From Deltaproteobacteria bacterium (GTDB lineage Bacteria > UBA10199 > GCA-002796325 > 1-14-0-20-49-13), in NCBI GenBank assembly GCA_016180865.1, contig JACPAJ010000012.1, positions 1-43,280 of the forward strand: a stretch of 43,280 nucleotides of DNA, written 5' to 3'. This document shows positions 1-10,255 of the stretch, piece after piece. How positions within the stretch are numbered: the stretch's first letter is position 1; every line of letters starts with the position of its first letter. The position numbers and the translations under genes are program-made. Below the pieces are notes generated by a model that ran no database searches, was not told where the DNA came from, and worked only from the letters and a program-made list of their open reading frames with translations.

Positions 1-1847
1 TCCTGCTCGCTGCCGCCGGCATAAATCCGCAGCATTTTTTTCGTCAATTGTTCGACTCCGTTCATAAATTTATCGCCCGCAAAATTAAAACCGAATTCTT
101 TGGATGACTCATCATAAGAAAGGCCGCCTGACTCCAGCAAAAAGCCGACTTCAACGGCTGAAAGTTTTGAGTATGCATTTCCCTCAAATTTTCCGCCGCG
201 CGTCGCTCTGAGAATCATTCTTTCGGCCCATGCTATTCCATAAACAGCCCGCTTGCGGTAGTAGGTCTCCGCTTTTGCCAAGTCTGTTTTGCTGATTTTG
301 CCGGCTTTAAAATCCGCCCTCGCCTCTTTCAGCAATTCTCCTTCAAAAAATAACGAAAGAACTTCCGCTTTCATCTCCTCCATTGCTCCTCTCCATTTTC
401 CCATTCCTGCATCAAATGTCGTATCGGCGCCGGGTTTGGGCTTTCCAGGCTGAGGCCCGAAATTATGCCCGATTTCATGCAAAAGAACCGCTCTAAGGCC
501 CGCATCTTCGGAAGAAAATTCCTCCTCATGAGCGGATTTAAAAAGAGGCATTATGTATTTCTTCACTATTTTATCGCCGTAGGACAATAACGTTTTATTT
601 CTGTAAATCATAACGCGCCGTTTGCACGGCTCTTCTTTTCCGTCAGCGCCACACCAGTTTGGAAGCGTCTGTCCGATGGGAGTTCCATTTGGCCCGCCAA
701 TATCATCGCCTGTTTCATAAATTGTATCGCTGAATTCCGGCAGATTCATAACGACAGCCGTCGCTTCATAATTTTTGGAGTCGCCGATTAAATCGGCAAC
801 TTTATTTTCCCATTTTTGAAAATACGGGCTATATTTGTCCACAAAAGCCTTTGCCTCCTGAACTTTCAGGCCAAGCCTGAAATGAAAACGCGCCTTGGTT
901 TGGCACTCATCTCCCACTCCATCCCCTCCTGTCTCATCGGGACCCGCTCTGAACATGAATATGGAATCGGATTCTCCAAACACATGCCAACTCGCATCCG
1001 ATTCAAGAAATGGAAAAGGCTTTTCGCTTTCAAGAGCATTCGCCAAAGTCAGCAGATGCCTGGAAAACGGAACTTCTCTGGATATTTCTCCAAAATGAAC
1101 AGCCGCTGCTCTTAAATGTTCAACTGCCGCGGATATATCCTTTTTATAGGCAATTGCATAAGGAACGGTCGCAAAGGTTTTGTCAGAATTTTGAATTACG
1201 GTAGAAAACGGATTTTCCAAGCCTTCCAAATCGCCTTTCATATCATCACACTTGATTCCCTGCGGAAATACGCCATTAAGCGACCGAGCAGAAAGCGACG
1301 GCAACGCCATGCAAAATGCCCCCTGATCGCCCATGCAAAACGGATGGCCGTAGCGGCCTATCAGCGCGGAATCCGCTTCGGTCAGTTTTTCATCGCCTGT
1401 AAGCCCGTTAAATCCAATTTGCTTCTGATATATAACCTGCATTACCGAAGCGGCTTCTAACAGTTCTTTCACGCCTTTTTTGTAGGCTGAGATCTGCGCT
1501 TCATTTGCGTCTGTGTTTTTGCGGAGCCATCTGTCAAAATCGGTATGAATTTCTTCCAAATATGTCAGCTCAAGTTCTCTTTTTATCTTTTCATTTCTAT
1601 AAAGTTCGACTGAGGATTTATAAAGGTTTTCAAATTCCGAGGTAAACTTTTTGGCCCCCTTTTTAACCTCAACATAGCTTGATAAGATTTCGGGGGATTC
1701 CGCGCTTAGCTCCTGCGGGGCAATACATCCGTCAGAATCAGCATCATTCCATGCCAAACTTTTATCGCCCAGCTGTTCCTTTATTAATCTGTTGAACTCC
1801 GCAACCGGCAGGATCGGAAGACCGAATAATCTATCGCAGTTTGGCAT
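1..1847 (-). CDS. Zinc metallopeptidase, DPP III (M49)-like with HExxH variant; 3' end cut by window edge
   Basis: Absent from the ORF track because no stop codon lies in the window. My hand translation of the minus strand from the ATG at 1847 (GGAG a few nt upstream) stays open to position 1, about 615 codons. It contains LLHEIGHNFG (HExxH) followed about 30 aa later by EEMKAE, the two-motif layout of M49-type peptidases. Confidence 0.7.
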   Translation of the reverse strand, partial: MPNCDRLFGLPILPVAEFNRLIKEQLGDKSLAWNDADSDGCIAPQELSAESPEILSSYVEVKKGAKKFTSEFENLYKSSVELYRNEKIKRELELTYLEEIHTDFDRWLRKNTDANEAQISAYKKGVKELLEAASVMQVIYQKQIGFNGLTGDEKLTEADSALIGRYGHPFCMGDQGAFCMALPSLSARSLNGVFPQGIKCDDMKGDLEGLENPFSTVIQNSDKTFATVPYAIAYKKDISAAVEHLRAAAVHFGEISREVPFSRHLLTLANALESEKPFPFLESDASWHVFGESDSIFMFRAGPDETGGDGVGDECQTKARFHFRLGLKVQEAKAFVDKYSPYFQKWENKVADLIGDSKNYEATAVVMNLPEFSDTIYETGDDIGGPNGTPIGQTLPNWCGADGKEEPCKRRVMIYRNKTLLSYGDKIVKKYIMPLFKSAHEEEFSSEDAGLRAVLLHEIGHNFGPQPGKPKPGADTTFDAGMGKWRGAMEEMKAEVLSLFFEGELLKEARADFKAGKISKTDLAKAETYYRKRAVYGIAWAERMILRATRGGKFEGNAYSKLSAVEVGFLLESGGLSYDESSKEFGFNFAGDKFMNGVEQLTKKMLRIYAGGSEQ

Positions 1848-1864
1848 ATTATCTCCATTCTTAT

Positions 1865-1889
1865 GCCCGCCAACGGTTAAGTGGCGGGC
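1865..1889 (-). repeat. GC-rich hairpin GCCCGCCA-N9-TGGCGGGC in the 5' leader of the peptidase gene
   Basis: 8-bp perfect stem with a 9-nt loop. Its reverse complement differs by 1 nt from the hairpin at 28100..28124. Confidence 0.8.
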
Positions 1890-1930
1890 TTATAAGACGT
1901 CTATTATGCGGCGGCATTGGTGTCAATAAT

Positions 1931-1966
1931 AAAAAACCCCGCTAAGATTTCTCCTAGTGGGGCTTT
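1931..1966 (-). terminator. Rho-independent terminator of acs
   Basis: On the minus strand, CCCCACTA-loop-TAGCGGGG (8 bp including one G-U pair) is followed by a T run, about 35 nt after the acs stop codon. Confidence 0.7.
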
Positions 1967-1999
1967 ATTTCAAAATTAATGACTTTCGGGAGCGATTTC

Positions 2000-3982
2000 C
2001 TATTGCCTTCCCTCTACCAATGTATTCACAACGCTGGGATCCGCGAGTGTCGTTGTATCGCCGAGATTTGTAATATCGCCTTCGGCGATTTTCCGCAAAA
2101 TTCTTCGCATTATTTTTCCGCTTCTCGTTTTCGGCAGCGAGTCGGTAAAATGAATTTTATCCGGACAGGCAATCGGGCCGATTTCCTTGCGAACATGGCC
2201 GACAAGCTCTTTCTTTAAATCATCCGACGGATGATTGCCGCTCTTCAGCGTGACATAGGCATATATTCCCTGCCCTTTTATTTCATGCGGCATTCCAACA
2301 ACCGCCGATTCCGCAACCTTTGGATGGCTCACGAGCGCCGATTCAACTTCCGCCGTCCCAATTCGATGTCCGCTGACATTCAATACATCATCGATGCGAC
2401 CCATCAGCCAAAAATAGCCGTCTTCATCTTTGCGGGAACCGTCACCCGTGAGATAGACGCCCGGAAAACGGACAAAATACGTATCTTTGAACCTCTCATG
2501 CTGGCCATAGACCGTTCTCATTATCCCCGGCCACGGCTCCGTTATCACAAGATAGCCGCCCTCGTTCGTGCCGACCTCTTTCCCCTGCTCGTTAAATATT
2601 TTAGGAACCACGCCGAAGAACGGCACCGTTGCCGAGCCCGGCTTTGTCGGAATTGCGCCCGGCAGCGGCGTTATCAATATTCCGCCGGTTTCGGTCTGCC
2701 ACCATGTATCGACAATCGGGCAGCGCTCGCCACCGACGTTATTATAATACCAGATCCACGCTTCAGGATTGATGGGCTCGCCAACGCTTCCCAAAATGCG
2801 CAGTTTTTTAAGATTATGCTTTTTCGGCCACTCCTCGCCCTCGCGCATCAGCGCACGGATCGCGGTCGGGGCCGTGTAAAATATCGTCACGCCGTGCCTC
2901 TCGCAAACATCCCAGAAGCGGTCGGGGTGCGGATAATTCGGGATCCCTTCAAACATCACTTCAGTTGCTCCGCAAAGGAGCGGGCCATATGCAATATATG
3001 TATGGCCTGTAACCCAGCCGATATCGGCTGTGCACCAGAAGACGTCGGAATCGTGATAGTCAAAGATATATTTGAATGTCGTCGCCGTATAGACCATATA
3101 TCCGCCGGTTGTATGAAGCACGCCCTTTGGCTTTCCGGTCGAGCCGGAGGTGTAAAGAATAAAGAGTGGATCTTCGGCGTCCATCTCTTCCGGTTTGCAG
3201 TCTGCCGAAGCATTCTTCACGACATCATGCCACCAGAAATCGCGGCCGGCCTTCATCGGAACATTGCCGTCCGCATGTTTGTAAACGATGCATGTCTTAA
3301 CGGGATGACCGGCCTTCTCACACGCTTCCATCGAAGCATCGGCGGTCGTCTTCATCGGTATTTTTTTGCTGCCGCGGAACGCTTCATCGCAGGTTATCAT
3401 AAACGCGCAGCCGCAATCAAGAGTGCGATCGCGCAGCGAATCTGCCGAAAACCCGCCGAAGACAACGCTGTGAATGGCGCCTATTCTGGCACAGGCAAGC
3501 ATCGCAATCGGCAGCTCGAGAATCATCGGGAGATAAATTGAAACGCGATCTCCCTTTTTTACGCCCTTTTCTCTCAGGACATTTGCGAATTTGCAAACTT
3601 CCGTGTAAAGTTCTTTATACGTGATTTTCTTGCTCTGATTAGGCTCGTTTCCTTCCCATATTATGGCAACGCGATCTCCGCGGCCGTTTTCGATCTGGCG
3701 GTCAAGGCAGTTGAACGACATATTTGTTTTTCCGCCTTCGAAATATTTAATATCTATCTTATTTTTAAAATCGTATGAACGGACTTTTTTCCACGGCTTA
3801 TACCAGTGGAATTCCTTAGCGATATCGCCCCAGAAGCCTTCAGGGTCTTTAACCGAGCGATCGTACATTTTTTTGTACTCGTCAAAATTTTTGATCCATG
3901 CGTTTTTCGAAAGTTCTTTCGGCGGATCGAACTTGCGGTTTTCCAGCGACATGGATTTGATGGTTGATGGGTTGGTTGTCAT
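2000..3982 (-). CDS. acs: Acetyl-CoA synthetase (AMP-forming)
   Basis: 660-aa ORF with the [14 protein letters not shown]-binding motif and full-length resemblance to Acs. Confidence 0.93.
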   Translation of the reverse strand: MTTNPSTIKSMSLENRKFDPPKELSKNAWIKNFDEYKKMYDRSVKDPEGFWGDIAKEFHWYKPWKKVRSYDFKNKIDIKYFEGGKTNMSFNCLDRQIENGRGDRVAIIWEGNEPNQSKKITYKELYTEVCKFANVLREKGVKKGDRVSIYLPMILELPIAMLACARIGAIHSVVFGGFSADSLRDRTLDCGCAFMITCDEAFRGSKKIPMKTTADASMEACEKAGHPVKTCIVYKHADGNVPMKAGRDFWWHDVVKNASADCKPEEMDAEDPLFILYTSGSTGKPKGVLHTTGGYMVYTATTFKYIFDYHDSDVFWCTADIGWVTGHTYIAYGPLLCGATEVMFEGIPNYPHPDRFWDVCERHGVTIFYTAPTAIRALMREGEEWPKKHNLKKLRILGSVGEPINPEAWIWYYNNVGGERCPIVDTWWQTETGGILITPLPGAIPTKPGSATVPFFGVVPKIFNEQGKEVGTNEGGYLVITEPWPGIMRTVYGQHERFKDTYFVRFPGVYLTGDGSRKDEDGYFWLMGRIDDVLNVSGHRIGTAEVESALVSHPKVAESAVVGMPHEIKGQGIYAYVTLKSGNHPSDDLKKELVGHVRKEIGPIACPDKIHFTDSLPKTRSGKIMRRILRKIAEGDITNLGDTTTLADPSVVNTLVEGRQ

Positions 3983-4072
3983 AAAATTAGCCTCCTTTGA
4001 TATAGAGAGATGTAGAAGGAGGATAGAATCTTGTCAAGAACTGGAAAAAAAAGAAAAATTCGAAATTGTCGG

Positions 4073-5896
4073 CTAGTTTACGGAAACCTTAAGCGTAATA
4101 AAGTCCCCTGGTTTCAAGCGCTTAGACGTTTTTTTGTTAAAATTATTCCACTTCATTATATCGGAAACTGAAACCCCGTATTTTTTAGCGATATCCCATA
4201 AAGTGTCGCCATTTTTAACTTTATAAGAAAGCGCATCCGGTTTTTCATCATTATTTTTGGGTTCTTTATTTTCCTGCGGCAGCTGTATTGCCAATAAATC
4301 GCCGGGAATGCTTCCGCTCTTCTCTATTGACATCTGCGGTGGATTATTGGCGCTCGAAGACAATGCAACTGTTTCGGATGATGTCGGCAATGAGGCAAAA
4401 AGCTTTAAATTCTGTCCGATCGCAAGATCCTTTTCTGCCGTCAGCGAATTCCATCCTTTTAGTTCATTAATGCTGACTCCGTATTTCTGGGCGACTTTCC
4501 ACCATGAATCTCCCCTTCTCACTTTATAAGTAGCCGCCCCTTGTTTGCGGCTCGTTTTGCTTGCGACCGCAACGGATGCGGTTTCTTCCGTTCCGTATAC
4601 TTTTAATGTCTGTCCTGTCCGTATCAGATTTCTCTTCACGCGGTTCCACCTTTTCAAGTCCGACACAGAAACGCCGTAGTCCTGAGCGATGAGCCCAAGC
4701 GTCTCACCTGGCTGAACGCGATGTTTGACAAATTTCCCGGACGGCCTTTCGTTTTCGGCAACCGCAACTTCTTTAGCCCTCTGTTTTGTTGCTCCGCCAG
4801 TCGGTATAATAATGCTCATTCCTCTTTTCAAGGAGGACGCGTTCTGCAAATCGTTCGCGGCTAATATTTCTCGAACCGAAACGCCGTAACGACGGGCAAT
4901 TCTGCCGGCGGTTTCTCCGCGTTTTACAATATGCCTTGCTACCATCATCCTCTCTGACGAAGGAATTTTTGCGAATGCAACTTCAAATTCACCCGCCGAA
5001 CCTTTCGGGAGATTCACGCTGTAATTTCCTTCATTTGGAGGAGTGGCGCCGCGGATGAGCTCCGGGTTTAGCTCCTGAACCACATCCAAAGGAACGCCGG
5101 CGCACTTTGAAATAACCTGAAGATCCGTCTGGCTGTCGACAGTCGACTTTTCGGTTTCCACAGGACTGTCAAAAACCACATCCCCGAATCCGAACCTCTC
5201 CGGCGACTTGGCGATTATCGCCGCAGCGATAAATTTTGGGACGTAGTCTTTTGTTTCGGTCCTCAAATAGCGGCGGTCGCTTTCTATCATTTTCCAAAAA
5301 TCCCTCGTCCCCGTTCTTGCGACAGCCTTTCCTATTTTCCCTTCGCCGGCGTTATAAGCAGCCATGGCGAGATACCAGTCGCCAAATTCATCGAAAAGAT
5401 CTCTAAAATATTTTGCCGCCGCTATGGTTGAATCGACCGGATCGCGCCTCTCATCCATCCAGTTGTTTATCTGCAGGTCGTATCGCCTCCCAGTGCTCCT
5501 GATAAATTGCCAGTAGCCTGCCGCGTGAGCCCGCGAATAAGCGCGCGATGAAAAACCGCTTTCAATCATCGCGATATAAACCAGATCCTGCGGCAGGGCA
5601 TATTTTTCCAGAATTTCCTGCATTAGAGGAAGATACTTGCCGGACCTTGCCAGATATCTGGCAAAATGGCTCCTGCCCGGACCCTGAAAATAATCCAGCC
5701 ACGCTACCACGCGGTCGTTAACCGTGATAGGAACGTCAAATTTAGGAAGCCTTGATTGTGAAATGGCCTTGGGCGTCCATTTTGAAGTCCGCTCAACCAT
5801 GGAAGTTCTTGCGCACCCGAATGACAAAGCCATTACCAAAAGCATTAATCCGCTAAGACCGGTTCGAAACATCATCTCCTCCGTTTGACGAAACAA
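4073..5896 (-). CDS. Membrane-bound lytic murein transglycosylase (MltD-like) with four LysM repeats
   Basis: Lipoprotein-type signal (LSFGC), SLT catalytic region (IESGFS...AAGYWQF), and four repeats of the type Y-V-x-GD/ET-x-IA-x-YGVSV-x-WN. The true start may be an internal Met. Confidence 0.85.
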   Translation of the reverse strand: MFRQTEEMMFRTGLSGLMLLVMALSFGCARTSMVERTSKWTPKAISQSRLPKFDVPITVNDRVVAWLDYFQGPGRSHFARYLARSGKYLPLMQEILEKYALPQDLVYIAMIESGFSSRAYSRAHAAGYWQFIRSTGRRYDLQINNWMDERRDPVDSTIAAAKYFRDLFDEFGDWYLAMAAYNAGEGKIGKAVARTGTRDFWKMIESDRRYLRTETKDYVPKFIAAAIIAKSPERFGFGDVVFDSPVETEKSTVDSQTDLQVISKCAGVPLDVVQELNPELIRGATPPNEGNYSVNLPKGSAGEFEVAFAKIPSSERMMVARHIVKRGETAGRIARRYGVSVREILAANDLQNASSLKRGMSIIIPTGGATKQRAKEVAVAENERPSGKFVKHRVQPGETLGLIAQDYGVSVSDLKRWNRVKRNLIRTGQTLKVYGTEETASVAVASKTSRKQGAATYKVRRGDSWWKVAQKYGVSINELKGWNSLTAEKDLAIGQNLKLFASLPTSSETVALSSSANNPPQMSIEKSGSIPGDLLAIQLPQENKEPKNNDEKPDALSYKVKNGDTLWDIAKKYGVSVSDIMKWNNFNKKTSKRLKPGDFITLKVSVN

Positions 5897-5938
5897 TTGC
5901 TATCGTATAATATTTAGCCAAAAAAATCAACTAAATAG

Positions 5939-7192
5939 CTAGTCCGCCTGCTTTCTTAGAAAGGTCGGAATATCATACTCATCATCCTGCAAATCAACCA
6001 TTCCGACTTCCTGAAAGACCTGTTTCCATTCGGCCGCATCTACTTTTCCCCTCACCGTCGGAATTGCGGAATTATCGCTAAATGCAATAGGTTCAACCTC
6101 CGCATGCATCTGCACTTCTGACCTTGGCTGACTTACAGGCGCCGCCTGCTGGATAACTTCAGGTTTCTTAGGGGTAAAAATCGGCGTTACCTTTTGCGGC
6201 CGCTGTGCCGTTGCCGCGCGCACTCCCCTGATTCCTTTATTGAAACCGGTTGCTATTACAGTTACGCGGATTTCATCGCCCATCGATTCATCTATTACAG
6301 AGCCGAAAATGATATTCGCCTCTTCATGGGCCTCTTCCTGTATCAGCTTGCTTGCTTCGTTTACTTCGTGCAGCGTCATGTTTGGCCCACCGGTTATATT
6401 AATGAGAATGCCGGTGGCTCCCCTTATCGACACATTTTCCAGCAGAGGGCTGCTTATAGCTTTTGTTGCCGCATCCAGCGCGCGCCCCTCTCCGCTCGAT
6501 ATTCCGGAACCCATAAGCGCCATTCCCATCTCGCTCATCACAGTTCTAACATCCGCAAAATCCAGATTTATCAGCCCCTGAACATTTATCAGATCCGATA
6601 TGCCTTTAACCGCATGCAAAAGAACATCATCGGCCTTTTTAAACGCATCAAGCATCGTCATATCCTTATCCGCGATGCTTAAAAGTTTTTCGTTTGGAAT
6701 CGTGATAAGGGTATCCACAACGTCTCTCAATTCGGAAACTCCGTCTTCAGCCACTCTTCCTCTTCTTTTGCCTTCAAAGCTGAAAGGCTTTGTCACAACA
6801 CCGACCGTCAGCGCGTTCATCTCTTTGGCTACTTTTGCAATAACCGGAGCTGCGCCGGTTCCGGTTCCGCCGCCCATGCCTGCGGTTATGAAAACCATAT
6901 CCGCTCCTGCCAAAGCATCGGCAATCTCTTTCTGGTCTTCAAGAGCCGCGTTTTTTCCGACATCGGGATTGGCGCCCGCTCCAAGTCCGCGGGTCAATTG
7001 ATGCCCAAGCTGGATTTTGCGCGGAGCTTTATTCGCCTGCAGAGCCTGCATATCGGTATTTGTTGCGACGAAATCGACTCCTTCAAGCCTCGCTTTGATC
7101 ATAGTATTGACGGCATTTCCGCCTGCGCCGCCAACTCCTATCACTTTTATTTTTGCGCCTTCTTTTATCTCTTCTACAAGTTCAAATGTCAT
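5939..7192 (-). CDS. ftsZ: Cell division GTPase FtsZ
   Basis: GGGTGTG tubulin signature. I place the start at ATG 7192 (MTFELVEE) because AAGGAGA lies just upstream. The track start at 7222 would overlap ftsA. Confidence 0.95.
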   Translation of the reverse strand: MTFELVEEIKEGAKIKVIGVGGAGGNAVNTMIKARLEGVDFVATNTDMQALQANKAPRKIQLGHQLTRGLGAGANPDVGKNAALEDQKEIADALAGADMVFITAGMGGGTGTGAAPVIAKVAKEMNALTVGVVTKPFSFEGKRRGRVAEDGVSELRDVVDTLITIPNEKLLSIADKDMTMLDAFKKADDVLLHAVKGISDLINVQGLINLDFADVRTVMSEMGMALMGSGISSGEGRALDAATKAISSPLLENVSIRGATGILINITGGPNMTLHEVNEASKLIQEEAHEEANIIFGSVIDESMGDEIRVTVIATGFNKGIRGVRAATAQRPQKVTPIFTPKKPEVIQQAAPVSQPRSEVQMHAEVEPIAFSDNSAIPTVRGKVDAAEWKQVFQEVGMVDLQDDEYDIPTFLRKQAD

Positions 7193-7208
7193 GTTAGTTC
7201 TCCTTTTG

Positions 7209-8438
7209 TTAAAATATTTCATTAAACCACTCTTTAACGCGGCTGCCCATCCTGCCTATTCCTTTGCGCTCGGTCTGCGTTTGAAGTTTTTCCTCCATGC
7301 CGCTCCTTGCACCGGCAAGAACCAGGCCGACGGCTGTGGCATACATCGGGCTCTTCACCACATCCACAAGCCCTCCAACGCCTTTTGGAACGCCGCGCCT
7401 CACTGGAAGATTAAATACCTGTTCCGCAAGCTCAGGCATGCCTTCCAGAATCGCGCAGCCTCCGGTAAGGACAACCCCGGCGGCAATCCTCTCTTCAAAG
7501 CCGCTCCTCACAACTTCCTGATGGACAAGATTGAAGATTTCCTCAACGCGCGGCTCAAGTATTTCCGAAAGTATCTGTCTTGAGAGAATTCGCGGATTTC
7601 TGCCGCCGACCGACGGAACTTCTATTGTCTCTTCCTTTTGCACGAGCGATGTCAGCACGCACCCATATTTCTGCTTCATCCTCTCCGCTTCCTGAGCCGG
7701 AGTTCTAAGCCCAACGGCCACATCGTTTGTAAGATGATTTCCTCCAAGCGGCAAAACGCTTGTGTGAACGACGCTTCCGTTCACGAAAATCGCTATATCG
7801 GTCGTTCCTCCTCCGATATCCACAAGCACGACCCCAAGCTCTTTTTCGTCGTGCCCAAGCACCGCTTCGCTTCCGGCAAGCTGTTCAAGCATCACTTCGT
7901 GGACATTCAGTCCGGCGCGATTGCAGCATCTGATGATATTCTGCGCCGAGGTAGAAGCCGCAGTGACGATATGAACTTTAACTTCCAGGCGTATGCCCGA
8001 CATTCCGACAGGATCTCTCACGCCGTCCTGGTCATCGATAATGAATTCCTGCGGAATTACGTGAATAACCTCTCTATCCGTCGGGATTGCGACCGCTTGA
8101 GCCGCATCGACAACCCTCTTCACATCGCTGCTTCTCACCTCTTTTTCCTTAACTGCAACGATGCCTCGGCTGTTCAGCCCCTTTATATGGCTCCCGGCGA
8201 TTCCGGCGTAAACTCCGGTGATTTCGCAGCCGGCCATAAGCTCGGCCTCTTCAACAGCCTTTTTTACGGATTCAACCGTATTTTCAATATTAACTACTAC
8301 TCCCTTGCGCATGCCCCGCGACGGATGGGAACCAATTCCTATAATGTTGATCCCGTCATCCGTCACCTCCCCCACTATCGCGCATGTTTTAGTGGTTCCG
8401 ATATCAAGTCCAACTATTAGTTGATCATTTTTTGCCAT
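7209..8438 (-). CDS. ftsA: Cell division protein FtsA
   Basis: Actin-like ATPase motifs ([17 protein letters not shown]). Start moved to ATG 8438, which is preceded by GGAGGAG. Confidence 0.93.
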   Translation of the reverse strand: MAKNDQLIVGLDIGTTKTCAIVGEVTDDGINIIGIGSHPSRGMRKGVVVNIENTVESVKKAVEEAELMAGCEITGVYAGIAGSHIKGLNSRGIVAVKEKEVRSSDVKRVVDAAQAVAIPTDREVIHVIPQEFIIDDQDGVRDPVGMSGIRLEVKVHIVTAASTSAQNIIRCCNRAGLNVHEVMLEQLAGSEAVLGHDEKELGVVLVDIGGGTTDIAIFVNGSVVHTSVLPLGGNHLTNDVAVGLRTPAQEAERMKQKYGCVLTSLVQKEETIEVPSVGGRNPRILSRQILSEILEPRVEEIFNLVHQEVVRSGFEERIAAGVVLTGGCAILEGMPELAEQVFNLPVRRGVPKGVGGLVDVVKSPMYATAVGLVLAGARSGMEEKLQTQTERKGIGRMGSRVKEWFNEIF

Positions 8439-8461
8439 TTTGTTCTCCTCCCTCATTTTTT

Positions 8462-8482
8462 ATCACTAGTCACTAATCACTG
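8462..8482. repeat. Tandem heptamer repeat ATCACTA-GTCACTA-ATCACTG in the ftsQ-ftsA spacer
   Basis: Three consecutive 7-nt units read directly from the sequence. A GGCGCA...TGCGCC hairpin follows at 8491..8517. Confidence 0.7.
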
Positions 8483-8562
8483 TCTTTTACGGCGCACCTC
8501 CCGGCGGCCACTGCGCCTTCTGTAAGCGCACAACTTTCCTTTTTTCACCGGGCATTTTGACG

Positions 8563-9339
8563 TTAACTGTCATATTTTACCACAACCTTTCCGGGTATGC
8601 CAAGATCTACATACCGCATTTTATTTTTGTATGAGTTTACGGCTCCAAGCATGGAATAAAATCTGTCCAGCTTCTCTTGAATTCCATCCACGCCGAGCTT
8701 TATTGTCGTTCCATCTCCGCTAAGAACTATTGAATAACCGCTTTCGTCGTCATAATGAACCTCGGAAGGCCTGAAATAATCGGCAAGAGGAGAATTTAAG
8801 TACGATTTTAAAACTTCCGTAGCGCCGCCGATATTGTCTGCTTTTGAAAAACCGGTGATCGCAGGCAGATCTTTATATTCTCCGTTGTCTGCTTCTTTAA
8901 AAACGGTTCCGTTTATATCAACCATATATATAGAATCGGACGCCAGAAGAGCCAGAGGCGCATGTTCGCTGACATAAATCCAGATTGTAGACGGCAGTTT
9001 TCTGGTAACGGCGGCTTCCAAAACCCATGGGTTATCCGCAATTTTCTTTTGCACTTTTTTCAGGTTTACGGAAAAGAGATTTGAACCGGACTGAATTCCG
9101 GCGGCATTTTTGATATCATCTTTAGATATATGATAAAATGCGCCTTCAATCTCCACATTTGCCACCGTAAACAGCCCTTTTTCAAAAACGAAATGATAGA
9201 AGCCGTAGAAAATCCCGACTCCTAAAAACCAGATAAGGACCACAAAACTTATGCTCTGGATTCTTACAAACAAACGCCTGATATTTTTGCGCCGTCTGTT
9301 TGAGTTTTGAACATGCTGCTGTTGCAAAAAAGCGCTCAT
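8563..9339 (-). CDS. ftsQ: Cell division protein FtsQ
   Basis: Single N-terminal TM segment plus a POTRA-like region, in the conserved position between murB and ftsA. Confidence 0.85.
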   Translation of the reverse strand: MSAFLQQQHVQNSNRRRKNIRRLFVRIQSISFVVLIWFLGVGIFYGFYHFVFEKGLFTVANVEIEGAFYHISKDDIKNAAGIQSGSNLFSVNLKKVQKKIADNPWVLEAAVTRKLPSTIWIYVSEHAPLALLASDSIYMVDINGTVFKEADNGEYKDLPAITGFSKADNIGGATEVLKSYLNSPLADYFRPSEVHYDDESGYSIVLSGDGTTIKLGVDGIQEKLDRFYSMLGAVNSYKNKMRYVDLGIPGKVVVKYDS

Positions 9340-9346
9340 ATTGTTT

Positions 9347-10255
9347 TTACTCGCCTATAATCACTATTTCCGGTTCTAAAATTACATCGGATTTTTCTTT
9401 AACACGCTCTTTCACCATTTTTATCAGAACCTCGACATCTTTTGCCGTCGCATTCCCCTCATTTACAATCCAATTCGCGTGTTCATTCGATATTCTGGCG
9501 CCTCCGACCCTGACTCCCCTAAGATTGCAGTCATCTATCAGGCCCCATGCTTTCGATCCTGAGGCCGGATTTTTAAAAACGCTTCCGAGGCTCGGCCAAA
9601 GCAGAGGCTGAACCTCTTTGCGGCGATGCCGGATTTTTTCGATTTTCGATTCAATCTCCTGCTTGTCGGACGGCTTAAGGCCAAGGGAAATTTCAAACAC
9701 TATAGCGCCGCGCGGGAGCTTTAATTTCCGGTAGCTGAATTCGAGATCGCCCTTTTCTGCGGAATAGACTCTTCCTTTACTGGCCCATTTCAGATTTTTA
9801 ACAACATCTCCTATCGAGCCGTCTTTGGTTCCGGCATTCATTATGACGGCTCCGCCAACGGTTCCCGGAATGCCGGCCAGCTCTTCGAGACCGGAAAGCG
9901 AATTTTCAACGGACCATCCGAGAAGCCGCTGCAGATGAACCCCCGCTCCGACGCAAACTATGTTTTCTTCATTTTTATTTATCCAGTCGAATTTCGACAG
10001 CGTTATCGCCATACCGCGAATGCCTTTATCTCTGACAAGGGTATTGCTGCCGTTTCCAAAAATATGTTTAGGAATATCATTCCTATCCGCACACGCCGTG
10101 ACGATTTTCAAATCTTCCAGATCGAGCGGTTCAAACCAGATATCGGCAGGGCCGCCGATTTTAATCGTCGTGTGATCGCGCATCGGCTCATCAAAAGAAA
10201 TGCGCCCTTTTGCTATAGACTGAAGTTCATTTTTTAAATCCAAAGACAGCGTCAT
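9347..10255 (-). CDS. murB: UDP-N-acetylenolpyruvoylglucosamine reductase
   Basis: 302 aa with an FAD-binding MurB N-terminus (TTIKIGGPA), in dcw context. Confidence 0.92.
   Translation of the reverse strand: MTLSLDLKNELQSIAKGRISFDEPMRDHTTIKIGGPADIWFEPLDLEDLKIVTACADRNDIPKHIFGNGSNTLVRDKGIRGMAITLSKFDWINKNEENIVCVGAGVHLQRLLGWSVENSLSGLEELAGIPGTVGGAVIMNAGTKDGSIGDVVKNLKWASKGRVYSAEKGDLEFSYRKLKLPRGAIVFEISLGLKPSDKQEIESKIEKIRHRRKEVQPLLWPSLGSVFKNPASGSKAWGLIDDCNLRGVRVGGARISNEHANWIVNEGNATAKDVEVLIKMVKERVKEKSDVILEPEIVIIGE

Noticed and set aside
2231-3541. Long plus-strand ORFs antisense to acs, ftsZ, ftsA, murE and others (for example 436 aa at 2231..3541, 260 aa at 7638..8420, 213 aa at 18021..18662).
   Set aside because: They lie entirely inside well-supported minus-strand genes. 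Their composition is Arg/Cys/His-rich and low-complexity, and they have no motifs. They are typical shadow ORFs.
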